IMG/VR virus record: IMGVR_UViG_3300031963_011487
DNA from: an uncultured virus (IMG/VR IMGVR_UViG_3300031963_011487)
Taxonomy: Duplodnaviria > Heunggongvirae > Uroviricota > Caudoviricetes
DNA: 64,000 bases
Strand: one strand, 5' to 3'
A program made the translations under genes and the position numbers. Positions 32,601 to 43,100 of this stretch are shown here, one piece after another (the first letter of the stretch is position 1; every line of letters starts with the position of its first letter). Below the pieces are notes generated by a model. It had not been told where the DNA came from, searched no databases, and worked only from the letters and a program-made list of their open reading frames with translations.

Positions 32601-35600
32601 TTCTTACATGCTGGAAATGATCAAACGACTGCTACCAAACGAGCATATTTTGGTGGGAAGGTGGGCATAGGTACCACAAGTCCAAGCTACTCCCTTGAAC
32701 TGGGCGGAGCAACTGCAAACATTAGAATTGCTCCTTCAACGTTAACAAACAATGCGTTAATTAGATATGCCAATAATGCGGGTAATGCATACGTTGGGTT
32801 AGATAATAGTTCTGGTGGATTGGGTGGTGCGTATACATTAAATATGTGGCATGCGGGAGCATACTCTATTGTGTTTGGCACTAATAATACGACACGAGCG
32901 GTCATTGACTCTAGTGGTAATGTCGGTATTGGAACCACAAGTCCAAGTTACCCGCTGCAAGTACGAAGAGCCGGTGGAGCAGGGTCACTTGGAATTACGA
33001 TAGACAATGTGTTCAGTGCTTCGGATAGAACAACAAAATATTTAGCAGTTGCAGATAGTACGTCAGATACTACCGGGCATGTATTTTATGTTAGAAATGG
33101 AACTGCAACCGATGTAGCAGTTTTATCGCTTCGGTATGACGGTAATGTCGGCATCGGTACTACAAGCCCTGCACAAAAATTACAAGTTATTGGAAATGCA
33201 ATTATTGGGGCAAACTCAAATTCATCAGTGGCGGCACGACTGGATATTACCGCAGGTGGCAATGGATATGATTCGGTTATTGATTTCGGATATTATGATA
33301 CGTTTGATGCAGGTATTTGGAATATTGGAAGAAAGGGAAGTACGGGAGCATTCTTCATTAGTAACTATGGATCTGGTACAGAAGCAAATGTAGTGACGAT
33401 TAATGCGTCTAACAACGTCGGTATTGGTACCACAAGTCCATCATATAAATTGGACGTTTCAGGAACGATTGGGTTATCTGGATTCCCATTCGCAGTAAAA
33501 TCTGGAAATTACAATCAAATATACGAACCCGCCGGGAATACTGCAATTTATTTAGGTAATGCCACCGATCCTACGAACTATTACGATAATTCAGTTCATC
33601 AATGGCGGAATCGTGGTGGTGGTACAGACTATATGCGTCTTAACAGTGTCGGTAACGTTGGTATCGGAACCACAAACCCACTCCACAGATTACAATTATC
33701 CACTGCTGCCAGTATTGCAATCCCACCAGCATACTCTCAAGTGCCATCATCGTGGACTCGTGATGCAGGCGGAATTATTCTAGCAGGATCGGAAACATCA
33801 GATGGCAGTAGTGGATGGAGATACGGTTCACGTATCATGACCAAAGATTATGGAGACGGTCTAGGGGTATCATGGGACGTATTGTATAATGGAACATGGA
33901 CGAATGATGCACTCTTTGTTGGAGGACGTTCTGGTAAACTTGGATATGTTGGAATTGGTTCTACTAATCCTCTTACACCATTATATGTGGTTGGAAATAT
34001 ACAAACAACGACGGGAGTAATTGCGTCAACGTTCTGGACAAATACGGATATTAGAAAATTAAATGCGTCTACCGCGATGAATTTTAGAGATTCTGCGGGT
34101 AATATTGAAATGATTATTGATGGATCTGGTAGAGTTGGTATCGGTACAACAAGTCCATCATATAAATTAGATGTAAATGGAGGAGTGCGACTTGCAGATG
34201 GTGGAAGTAGACCAACGGTGATAGAAACCGGAGGAATGATATATTCTCAAGGTAATACCGGTGGTTGGGCATTTGGACATCATATAAAGGGTTCTTCCGG
34301 AACTGACCGTGGTGGGTTTGGGTTTTACGGTGGAGTAAATGCGTTAACTTATTACTACATCGGACAAGATTATTTATCTCCAACGATGGTCATTCAAAGT
34401 GGAAGTTCTGGTAATGTCGGTATTGGAACAATAAGTCCTTCAACAAAACTTCACGTATATACTGGAACGACTTCAAATATTGCAATACTAGAAGGTTCTG
34501 CTGGACAATATTTGCAAGGTGGTACTGATGGCGGTGGATTTTATTTAGAGCAAGTTGGAACTACTTCGGGAAATAGAATTCTGCGTATTCAAAATTCAAA
34601 TGGGTCGGGAACGTATACTCAACTATTTTTACACGGAGCCAATCAAACAATATACACTAGTGCGAATGTTAATTTCGGCATAGGTACCTCAAGTCCATCA
34701 TATAAATTAGATATTGCTGGAGCAGGAAGCGGCAACGTTGCCGTACGACTTACACCGGATACTGGTATAATTAGATTATACGGATATGATTTGCTCGGGT
34801 ATAGTAATGGTACTTTGTGGACTATTAGTAATACTACGTACAACGAATTTGTATTAGGAACGAGTTGGGATTGGGATAGATCAATGAGTTTCAAATACAC
34901 ACCAGGCACAACAGGAGCAGCTACCGGTGAACTCATCATAGGCCAACAAAGTAAAAATGATGCCAATTGGACACATGGTATAATTAATTTACAAACAAAC
35001 GGGACCACCCGAATGTACATCAATTCATCGGGAAAGGTCGGTATAGCAACAACCAGTCCACAGTCAACACTTCATGTAGCAGGAACAGTTGGATATGGCA
35101 CTATCCGTATAACACCAACGAGTGCAAACGGTGAATCAGCAATGGCGTTTTTCACAGATGTCGCGGGAACGGATACGAATGACGCGTGGGTAGTTGGACA
35201 TGCAGGATGGGGTCACACTGGTGATTTTGTAATTGGTAATGAAAATAATGGAGCAGGTGGTGATGTTAGACTACTGATAGAAAAAAGTGGTAATGTTGGA
35301 ATTGGAACAACCAGCCCAGGAGAAAAACTGGAAGTAAATGGTAATATTAAAACCCAAGGTTATGTCATTTTTAAAGATACTAACAATTCCAATACATATG
35401 GATTGCGTGGATTGTCGGGAGTTATTACACTAGATGGTGGCGCACAATATCCAACTGCCTGGAATTTTCAGTACGGAAACTCTAGTAATTCGGGAATGTA
35501 TATTAGTTCTTCTGGATATGTTGGCATCGGAACTACAAGTCCTGGAGTAAAACTAGACGTTAGTGGTGTTATACGATCCCCATCATTAATAGATAGCGAT

Positions 35601-38198
35601 TCAACACGTATAGTAAATCCTGGTGGAGCATATTACGTAAGTTCGGCCGGTACCGAAGTAGGTGCATTTAAGATCAAACTTCCCGTTGCAAAAAATAATT
35701 CGTCCACTATGATGCGTATGACAGTACAAATCTATCAATATAGTACTGGTACGTCACACACATTTTTAATTGGGGGATACAATTATGGAGGAGGAGGTTG
35801 GTACAACGTATTTGCAACAAATATAACTGACATCGGAGGAAACTATACAGTTAGATTTGGATATGATGGAACGAGTGATTGTATTTGGATCGGTGAAACG
35901 AATTCTTCGTGGTATTATCCACAAGTGTTTGTCACGGATTTTCAAATGGGTTATAATGCATATGATACAAGTTGGGCAACGGGATGGACAATCACACGAG
36001 TTACCAGTTTTGATACGGTTGAAACTAGTAGAACTGCTGCATATGTTTGGACCAATAATAACGACGGAGCAGGTTCTGGACTAGACGCTGATTTATTAGA
36101 CGGATATAGTTCAGCAACTTCTGCAACAGGAAATACCATAGCATTGCGTGATGCAAATGGGGATTTAACAAACCGATACAACTTTGCAAGTTATAATAAT
36201 ACCTCGGATGATGTGAGTTCTGGTACTATCACATATATCATGGCAAAGTTTGGAGATAATTATCATCGTTCTGCAACTGCTGCAAAAGTAGCTGCATTTA
36301 TTAGTGGCCAGTCCATGAATATTGCTGGCAATGCGTCAACCGCAACAACTGCGGTAAACTTATCAACCGATAGAACGAACTGGAGTACTAATGGAACGAT
36401 AAGTGCGGTGGTTGGACAGTTAGCATGGAAAAATTATGGTAACGGCCACACCATAATTGATGCATCTGCAGGTACTGCTCCGAACGGAACTGCTATAAAC
36501 AATACAAATTCTACATACGCTTGGACCGGAAATTATCCCACATTGATGGGATGGAATGGATCGGATACATACGGAGTACGAGTAGATTCTGCGAGAGTTG
36601 CAGATACTGCGGGAAACATTACCGCATATACCATTAATCAAAATGTAGGATCGGGTAACACACCAACGTTTGCTGGTTTATATATAAGCACGGGCAACAC
36701 CAGCGCAGCATATCAATACTTTTCAAATAACGGTGGACAATTTTATATAGGAAAAGAAAATTCTGCGGGTAGTGCATTTGGTGTTGATGCATATGCAAAT
36801 ATTTTGTATACTTCTAATACGTACCCCATGATATTTTTAATAAATGGTTCCGAAAAAATGCGTTTGACAAATACCGGAAGACTTGGGATTGGTAACACCA
36901 GTCCTTCATTTACACTGGATGCATCAGACAATACGGTTCGCACGGGTCGCATTTATCGGTCATTCCAATCGTATACGGGAACAACTAATAATCTAGTTCG
37001 TACATGGGATGGTGTGTTGGTTGCAGGATCCGATAGTGGTGGAGCAGAAACATACACCATCATTGACACGGGTGTTCCACAAGACAGTTACATGATGGGT
37101 GGGTTTACGATTGATTGGTTTGAAGACTATGGTTCAACCAATGCAAAAACACAAATTAAACTGGGCGGTTACTGGAATGCAGAAAGCAACGGTGGATTTC
37201 AGGGATGGGAATATACGTCTACGAATCCCGATATACGTCCTACAATACAAATTGCACGAAATAGTAGCACAGGAAATACCGCATTTATATTGAGTCATTT
37301 TGGGGCAAGTTATGCAATTATCATGGCCCGTGATTTATGGCTCGGATATAATAGTGGTGCCGAGACATATGGAAGCGGGTGGACTATACAACAAGTAAGT
37401 TCAACGTCTGGATACACGAATTTTGATACGGTAGTTCCACGTATTGCGCCATCACCAACCGGCACAGGTGCATCCGGAACATGGGGAATTAGTATTTCTG
37501 GCAACGCAGCAAATATTACTGCATACACCATTAATCAAAGTGTGGGAACTGGTAATAGTCCAACATTTGCTGGATTAACCATAAATGGATCAAATTCTGC
37601 AAAGATTGCGCTTGTTGCCGGTAGTTCAAAGGGCGTACGATTAGGAGCCGATGGTAGCTATGGATATGTTGAAGCGGTAGATAACACTGGAGTGGCAAGT
37701 TATCAGCCTATGTATTTTGGTGGATCTGTTATAAACTTTGCCATAGCCGGATCAATAAAAGCATACATGGATGCAAGCGGTAATTTGGGAATTGGTACAA
37801 CAAGCCCAGCTGCAAAACTTCATGTGGTTGGTGATATCGTAGCAACTGGCAATATCACGGCATACTACTCTTCGGATAGAAGATTAAAGAAAAATATCAG
37901 TCTATTGACTAATGCGTTGGATAAACTTTCCAAAATCAGTGGCGTGGAATTTGACTGGACCGATGAATATATTAAAACACATGGTGGAGAAGATGGATAT
38001 TTTATCCGACGCCATGATGTCGGTGTAATTGCTCAAGAAATTCAAGACGTTCTACCCGAAGTTGTAGCAGAAAAAATAGACGGATATCTCGGAGTTCGTT
38101 ATGAAAAAGTGGTCCCGTTATTGATCCAAGCAATCAAGGAACAACAACTACAAATTGAAGAATTAAAAAAAACAATTAGTAAACTAGATGTTATATGA
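29613..38198 (+). CDS. Long tail fibre with C-terminal intramolecular chaperone (peptidase S74)
   Basis: About 17 GxVGIGTTSP-type repeats; C-terminal SSDRRLKKNI...GVIAQE...VRYEK and a coiled coil. Confidence 0.88.
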   Translation: MARTRKSIQPLNLYKYDVLIEDQGPRSDYFKISQFDGYFYGGRNAFLLAGAGILKPNTSILVEILNVNGNTVYSVPVTNFTEGNSRLIQTEVYSDTPIGPGKLVILGCADTYIDGTPVPDIWKNKYNVRWITDIIISPLVRNKTPIRFEKEPSIVVEEKFYKAPESATFTEKIYVPVDVELTPKYFNIFPNGYQIRLTGPGNTRYFSDYSNGIITGSAMISPSNEYATIELPITKILNSTRAESDGRLIYTDKNTLLLGGFLSNSGAYNTTLLPFGSTTVSGSMQLVYSKLDTVSTGSDISFAKIRIVDTKTLSGEINKVRVSYKESTRPGEYVTLSDVDVGVTELFAVDSGSKIVSTGQFKDLLINDYWYTATMSLQKTDAIPQPPIYFNSSSLITSNSIITQCCVDLLDSINATPLISASTYLNNVSYFIGNRTENSLTLFPRTEYTLAFDAFITKTSASLEVDQADYSMEVYLVQQENSTGVVLTADKRGQLIGTLTPKTGFLRQNFETVEFNFTPQILSTGEFGLRFVVYGGYWNIANVSVKTAQEPYFSPDEIDILIPIVNYQNTILQFRAEYLDINNNTAGTTTISTPLYVTGSDKYAVNGFPYTGSAMISGSLGITGSLTITGSGTLINIGPARFTGSVSTTDNLLVNGNVGIGTVTPQGKLHVVTGSLVNAHYNNQGAFLFEAQEAQMQVISDDSGNHASKFVLSTVSSSTVNKHWMLDQKGPGLGNRFDISYFTSSNSGNILAPSGVEKLTITTNGHVGIGTTTPTATLHVQGTISSSGNVTVDGNLTVSGLVTAASQSITYISSSQLNVGTNIITVNVQNPTVQFGGLAVIDSGSSPQRSGSLLFDSINDQWIFVHQNQTSPTSSVLLMGPQTYNNIGNETNLTNNYLLKSVNAEHVGDSQIYDNGTNVGIGTSSPVGKLTVNGYTGGTVGSAIAAHQKNVVIGGAYNQLYNTSASVMFLIADYSNDTTDDVYPIYVEDENNVVDFFLHAGNDQTTATKRAYFGGKVGIGTTSPSYSLELGGATANIRIAPSTLTNNALIRYANNAGNAYVGLDNSSGGLGGAYTLNMWHAGAYSIVFGTNNTTRAVIDSSGNVGIGTTSPSYPLQVRRAGGAGSLGITIDNVFSASDRTTKYLAVADSTSDTTGHVFYVRNGTATDVAVLSLRYDGNVGIGTTSPAQKLQVIGNAIIGANSNSSVAARLDITAGGNGYDSVIDFGYYDTFDAGIWNIGRKGSTGAFFISNYGSGTEANVVTINASNNVGIGTTSPSYKLDVSGTIGLSGFPFAVKSGNYNQIYEPAGNTAIYLGNATDPTNYYDNSVHQWRNRGGGTDYMRLNSVGNVGIGTTNPLHRLQLSTAASIAIPPAYSQVPSSWTRDAGGIILAGSETSDGSSGWRYGSRIMTKDYGDGLGVSWDVLYNGTWTNDALFVGGRSGKLGYVGIGSTNPLTPLYVVGNIQTTTGVIASTFWTNTDIRKLNASTAMNFRDSAGNIEMIIDGSGRVGIGTTSPSYKLDVNGGVRLADGGSRPTVIETGGMIYSQGNTGGWAFGHHIKGSSGTDRGGFGFYGGVNALTYYYIGQDYLSPTMVIQSGSSGNVGIGTISPSTKLHVYTGTTSNIAILEGSAGQYLQGGTDGGGFYLEQVGTTSGNRILRIQNSNGSGTYTQLFLHGANQTIYTSANVNFGIGTSSPSYKLDIAGAGSGNVAVRLTPDTGIIRLYGYDLLGYSNGTLWTISNTTYNEFVLGTSWDWDRSMSFKYTPGTTGAATGELIIGQQSKNDANWTHGIINLQTNGTTRMYINSSGKVGIATTSPQSTLHVAGTVGYGTIRITPTSANGESAMAFFTDVAGTDTNDAWVVGHAGWGHTGDFVIGNENNGAGGDVRLLIEKSGNVGIGTTSPGEKLEVNGNIKTQGYVIFKDTNNSNTYGLRGLSGVITLDGGAQYPTAWNFQYGNSSNSGMYISSSGYVGIGTTSPGVKLDVSGVIRSPSLIDSDSTRIVNPGGAYYVSSAGTEVGAFKIKLPVAKNNSSTMMRMTVQIYQYSTGTSHTFLIGGYNYGGGGWYNVFATNITDIGGNYTVRFGYDGTSDCIWIGETNSSWYYPQVFVTDFQMGYNAYDTSWATGWTITRVTSFDTVETSRTAAYVWTNNNDGAGSGLDADLLDGYSSATSATGNTIALRDANGDLTNRYNFASYNNTSDDVSSGTITYIMAKFGDNYHRSATAAKVAAFISGQSMNIAGNASTATTAVNLSTDRTNWSTNGTISAVVGQLAWKNYGNGHTIIDASAGTAPNGTAINNTNSTYAWTGNYPTLMGWNGSDTYGVRVDSARVADTAGNITAYTINQNVGSGNTPTFAGLYISTGNTSAAYQYFSNNGGQFYIGKENSAGSAFGVDAYANILYTSNTYPMIFLINGSEKMRLTNTGRLGIGNTSPSFTLDASDNTVRTGRIYRSFQSYTGTTNNLVRTWDGVLVAGSDSGGAETYTIIDTGVPQDSYMMGGFTIDWFEDYGSTNAKTQIKLGGYWNAESNGGFQGWEYTSTNPDIRPTIQIARNSSTGNTAFILSHFGASYAIIMARDLWLGYNSGAETYGSGWTIQQVSSTSGYTNFDTVVPRIAPSPTGTGASGTWGISISGNAANITAYTINQSVGTGNSPTFAGLTINGSNSAKIALVAGSSKGVRLGADGSYGYVEAVDNTGVASYQPMYFGGSVINFAIAGSIKAYMDASGNLGIGTTSPAAKLHVVGDIVATGNITAYYSSDRRLKKNISLLTNALDKLSKISGVEFDWTDEYIKTHGGEDGYFIRRHDVGVIAQEIQDVLPEVVAEKIDGYLGVRYEKVVPLLIQAIKEQQLQIEELKKTISKLDVI

Positions 38199-39058
38199 CA
38201 CTAAATAGTTCAGGACAAATTAGTATGGGTGGATCTACTACTGGACAATCTATTAATTTGGAGTTAGGACAAAGTGCAACTGCACAAGTTTCACTAAATG
38301 ACGGGGGACTTCGTTCACTCGCAGGAGTTCCTTCCGGTCAAATTAGTCTAAACAATTTTTGGGGAAAAGCCTTTGAAAATAAAGTGTATGTCGGATTTAC
38401 GGAAACCTGGACAGGCGACGGTTTTGGTTTACAACGTCAACCTGGAGACTTGGTTATTGGTTATGTAGTTAGGTCTTACGGTGGAAGTGCGGCATTTAAT
38501 ATGAATAATCCGAATTTTCAATATTTACCCGGTGCTATAGATTTACAACATTATACTTCATTACCCGAATATCCGTGGTACGTGTCTCTTTGGATTAATG
38601 TCATATATGGGTTTATAACAGAACAAAACGAAACATTCCCAGCACCAGCGGGTGGTTTTAGCGGTGCTGGGTATTATGTGTTTAGAAACGTAGGAACTCC
38701 AAATGTTAACCAAGTAATTAATACAAGAACAACTTCAATGGACGGAAACTTTGCAGTATCTGGATTATCTGGAACATATGGCGGGGCTCGATGGGGGTTA
38801 GTGATTGGTTTAACCGATCTTAATTTTTATCAAGGATACGCATACAGTCCAAATATTACTACCGGATTTAAAGCACCAATAACTACTAATAACAACATAA
38901 TTTATAGTTATGTAGCACAGGCATCTAATGGGGGAAGTACTAGTAATATGGTTTTTTACAATGAAGTGTATAACGAAGAATTTCAAGAGAATGTTACGGT
39001 TGAAACAACAGGAACATACAGTTTCCTTACTGCAGCAATTAACATACCACCCGTATGA
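38195..39058 (+). CDS. Putative tail-fibre tip adhesin
   Basis: N-terminal SGQIS...INLELG...RSLAGVPSGQISLNNFWGK attachment-type motif; aromatic/Gly-rich C-terminal domain; overlaps the fibre stop codon. Confidence 0.55.
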   Translation: MTLNSSGQISMGGSTTGQSINLELGQSATAQVSLNDGGLRSLAGVPSGQISLNNFWGKAFENKVYVGFTETWTGDGFGLQRQPGDLVIGYVVRSYGGSAAFNMNNPNFQYLPGAIDLQHYTSLPEYPWYVSLWINVIYGFITEQNETFPAPAGGFSGAGYYVFRNVGTPNVNQVINTRTTSMDGNFAVSGLSGTYGGARWGLVIGLTDLNFYQGYAYSPNITTGFKAPITTNNNIIYSYVAQASNGGSTSNMVFYNEVYNEEFQENVTVETTGTYSFLTAAINIPPV

Positions 39059-39079
39059 TTTTGTTTCATAGATTAATAG

Positions 39080-39571
39080 AATTCTTTTCTATATTTAAAA
39101 GTAAAACCTAAAAAATTAAATGGACAATTTAAAGTAGGACTCCGTTGGTCGGGAAATCCAGAATTTGAACATCAACAACATAGAAGGTTTGATCCCAAAT
39201 TAATGTTAGATTTGGCAGATATCCCAGGGGTTACCTTTTACTCGTTACAAAGAGATCATGACTTATTTGACGTATCATTTACTGATTTACGTCATAAAAT
39301 GAAGACGTGGGAAGATACGGCACGTGTTTTAGCGGGACTGGATTTGGTGATTACCTCGGATACATCAGTTGCACATTGCTCTGCCGCTCTTGGTATAGAA
39401 ACATGGATTATTGTTCCAATATTACCGTATTATCCGTGGGCCTTGCCTGGAAATTGTACGTCGTGGTATGATAGTGTAAAATTGTATAGACAATCAACTT
39501 ATGGTAATTGGGACGCACCGTTTGAACAAATTAAAAAAGATTTACAAGACAAAATAAACAACGCACCGTGA
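39080..39571 (+). pseudogene. 5'-truncated GT9-like (GT-B) glycosyltransferase remnant
   Basis: Homologous sequence (YL..KVGLRWSGNP, SLQ, LDLVITSDTSVAH.SAALG, WY..V.LYRQ) starts right after in-frame TAA TAG at 39074-39079, upstream of the first ATG at 39203. Confidence 0.7.
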
Positions 39572-39637
39572 TTTTTTATTGTTAGACATGATGAGTTATA
39601 TATATAGACGTACAACTCTTAATTTTACGGAGGTTTT

Positions 39638-40042
39638 ATGAAGTTACGGAATGAACAAATTTTAAATGTATTTACGGGTCTAAACTCACTAGGTAATGAA
39701 AAGTTCGCAGCAAAATTAGCATGGAAGATTTCTACTGCACGCGGTGCGTTGACCCCGTTTGTTGAGTCATTGGAAAAGACGATGGTTGAGGTACGTGCCA
39801 AGTATGCGGTGAAGGACGAAGAAGGAAAGATTGTTCCTGCTGTAGGAGAAAATGGATTACCAATTGAGGGTACAATGCAAGTAGCAAAAGAAAATGTGAT
39901 ATTACTTAATCAAGAATTAACAGAATTACTCAGTATTGAAACTGAAGTGGAAAACGTCAGTTTATCCATCAACGACTTCCCAGATACATTGGAAATCTCA
40001 CCAAATGCATTGGCAGCACTCCAACCAATCCTTCACGATTAA
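39638..40042 (+). CDS. Hypothetical protein (DUF1617-like)
   Basis: GGAGG SD; KLAWKI...KYA.KDE.G pattern. Confidence 0.7.
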   Translation: MKLRNEQILNVFTGLNSLGNEKFAAKLAWKISTARGALTPFVESLEKTMVEVRAKYAVKDEEGKIVPAVGENGLPIEGTMQVAKENVILLNQELTELLSIETEVENVSLSINDFPDTLEISPNALAALQPILHD

Positions 40043-40053
40043 ACATATTTGAC

Positions 40054-40096
40054 TATTGGGTAGATATTTATAAGAAGTTCAAATATTTACCCAATA
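40054..40096 (+). promoter_or_regulatory. 16 bp hairpin (one G-U pair) overlapping the TATTTATA motif at 40065-40072
   Basis: TATTGGGTAGATATTT (40054-40069) pairs with AAATATTTACCCAATA (40081-40096); ATG at 40103. Confidence 0.7.
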
Positions 40097-40102
40097 TCAT
40101 TT

Positions 40103-43100
40103 ATGAATATTGAATCATTATTATACGAAGCGCTCCAACTCCCGTCAACTAACCGAGCCCATATTAATGCGCTGCGGTACATTTTACATAAAGAAGTTTC
40201 CGTTGATTTAAAGTTCTTAGCGGCACAGTCCCTAACGGAAATTCATAATCAATATAATTGGTGGATAACAGAACGGGGGTTGGACGAATCGTGCATTGTG
40301 GGACCAAACGATAGTGCCGCAACCGTCCGTAAAAAATGTAAAAAAGCGTTCAAACATGGGGAGAAGGTGTACCCCATGCACTGGATTTATGCTGTCTCTG
40401 GCTCCCCTATGGCGTCTGGATTGGGGGAAGAACACAATCCCTACGATTCTCCAGACTATGCCTTAAACGGGTTCACGGGAACGTTTAAAAAGAAACAAGA
40501 CCCAGAAGATAAAGAAACGTTAACTCGTCGATTTGCGGATTTAGACCCGATAGAAGAAGAAAAATCCAGTACGGAACGAGTTAGAAGATATTATAAAAGA
40601 CATCCCGAAAAGGTCCGTAAATATTTGAAAGATACGGTCAAGGATCGTGTTGCTCGTAATCGGGACCGGGCAAAGGCTATCAAAAAACATGGTAAAGAAA
40701 AGATGAAGAACCATGACGTGCACCATCCGAACGGACCACAAAACGGTGGGGCACGATTGGCTAAAAAAGATCATGGACGGGATAAGGTGAATGAAGAATA
40801 CTCACCAGATGTCATTTCTAGTACGATTCAAGAGTTTGTGAATTTTGCCGTACAAAAACTTCAATTACAAACTCTTCCTACCGTTACTATTATCCCATCA
40901 TCTGACCATATGACGAGTTTGGGATATTATGATCCCATGACGAAGCAAATCAATGTAGTCGTAGAAGGAAGATTACTAGCAGATATTTTACGGACACTTG
41001 CCCACGAATTAGCACATAGAAAACAAGACGAATTGGGATTGATTACCAACCCAATGATTGATGGTGCAACGGGATCTCCCATAGAAAATAACGCAAACGC
41101 AATTGCAGGAATTCTACTCCGTCAATATGGTCAAAGTAATCCTCGTATATTCATGACCGAAGGATTGTTGATGGAAGGTGGTGCACATGGACATCTAGCA
41201 CATCCATTTGAAGACACAGATTTATCGTTTGATGACTTTGATGAAATGATTAGTCGGTCGTTAGTGGGTAATTTAGAAAAGGAAGGACCGGTCGTAGAAA
41301 AAATGGACGGTCAAAATATTGCGTTCACTGTTCGTGATGGAAAGGTTGTATTTGCACGAAACAAAGGACATGTAAAAAATCGTGCAGAAAAAGCACTATC
41401 AGCAGAAGAATTAGCCAAAATGTTTGCAGGTCGTGGGGAAATCTCCGATGCATTTGCTAAAGCAGCAGAAGATATTGAAGTGGCAATGAGTAAACTGTCA
41501 CCTGAAGAAATTGAACAAGTATTTGGAGACGGTAGACGAGTGATGAGTACCGAAATTATTTACCCGGGCACTCGTAACGTAATTCCATATGACAAGACGG
41601 TGTTGGTATTTCATGGTACATTGGAACATGATGATGATGGCGAAAAAGTCGGTGTTCAAAACACTGAAAATGGACAAATTATTGCTAATGCCGTAACTAA
41701 AGCAAACGCAGATAAACAACGTACGTTTGGTATTTCGGGTCCACGAACAGTTGCTATTTCGGATCAAGTCACTGAAGAAATGCAGCAAGTATACACTCGA
41801 TTATCACAAAAATTAGAAGATCTTCGTGCGCAATATAATTTAAAACCATCTGCTACGTTACACGATTATTTGGAAGAATGGTGGAACGAACAATTAACCG
41901 AAATAGAAAGTCAACAAGGATTTAAGTTCACCAATCAAGAACGTGCTGGACTTATTGCTCGTTGGATTGATAACGATAAAAAGTTTGGAGTAAAAAATCT
42001 ATCCGATGAAAAGAAAGAATGGTTTAGAGAATTTGAAAAGAATGATCTAACACCAATGCTAAAACAATCCGTGAAACCTGTTGAGCAAGTATTTTTAACC
42101 GCAGGTGTATATGCATTAAAACGTGTTGTAGAGTTTCTATCGGCAAATAATCCTGCAATGGCAGAAGAATTGAAAAAACAATTTGTAGATAGTATACGTG
42201 GTATACAACAAGCGGGTGGTCCTGGAAAATTACAGAAATTAGAATATGAACTAGCTAGATTAAAAGAACTTGGTATTGATAACGTGGTACCAAGTGAAGG
42301 ATTAATATTCACATATAATGGTAATCCGTATAAATTAACAGGTGCATTTGCTCCGGTAAATCAAATTATTGGAACAATGAAATATGACAGAGCTCCTGAA
42401 AAACCAGAGGCTTCATCAACAGAGCCGCAAAAGACCGAAGCACCGCCAGAAAAAGCACAAGACGAACCTGTACAGCCAGAAACTCCCGTACAACCACCTA
42501 AACCAATTGCCATCTATCCAGGACGTTTTCAGCCATATCATGCGGGACATCATGTGACGTATGAAGCATTGGTTGAAAAGTTTGGAAGGGAAAACGTGTA
42601 TGTAGTGAGTTCAGACAAGCAAGATAGTATTACGTCACCATTTGGGTTCAGTGACAAACAGGAAATCATGACAAGTATGTTTGATATTCCAGAAGATCGT
42701 ATTATTCAAGTAAAAAATCCATACAATCCAATAGAAGTAACAAAAGGATTACCCGAAGGAACTCCTGTAATATTTGCAGTGGGTGAGAAAGATGCGCAAC
42801 GATTGGGTGGTAAATACTTCCAAAAATATGATCCAAATGAAAAAATGTTAGGGTACAAACAAGCAGGATATGTGTGGATTGGACCCCCACCAAATCTGGA
42901 AGTTAATGGAAAAGAAATTAGTGGTACACAACTTCGTGCAGTTATGGGTGATCCAGCTATTACGGATAGAGCAAAACAAGAAATTTTTATTAAAATATAT
43001 GGTAAGTTTGACAAGAACATTTTTGATAAAGTAGTCAAAAAAACGTCGGATGCAGAAGAGGCACGTAAATTAACGGATATGCACGGTAAACCAGAGAAAC

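Noticed and set aside
36610..37580. Diversity-generating retroelement TR/VR pair in the fibre
   Set aside because: The two copies differ at non-adenine, mostly synonymous positions, both are in frame, and no reverse transcriptase is in the window.
31580..37830. CRISPR-like spaced repeats
   Set aside because: The repeats are degenerate, in-frame protein motifs with long irregular spacing, and no cas genes are present.
39594..39626. Promoter or hairpin at GAGTTATATATATAG...CAACTC before the 39638 gene
   Set aside because: Only a loose match to the late motif and a short AT-rich stem; not distinguishable from chance.
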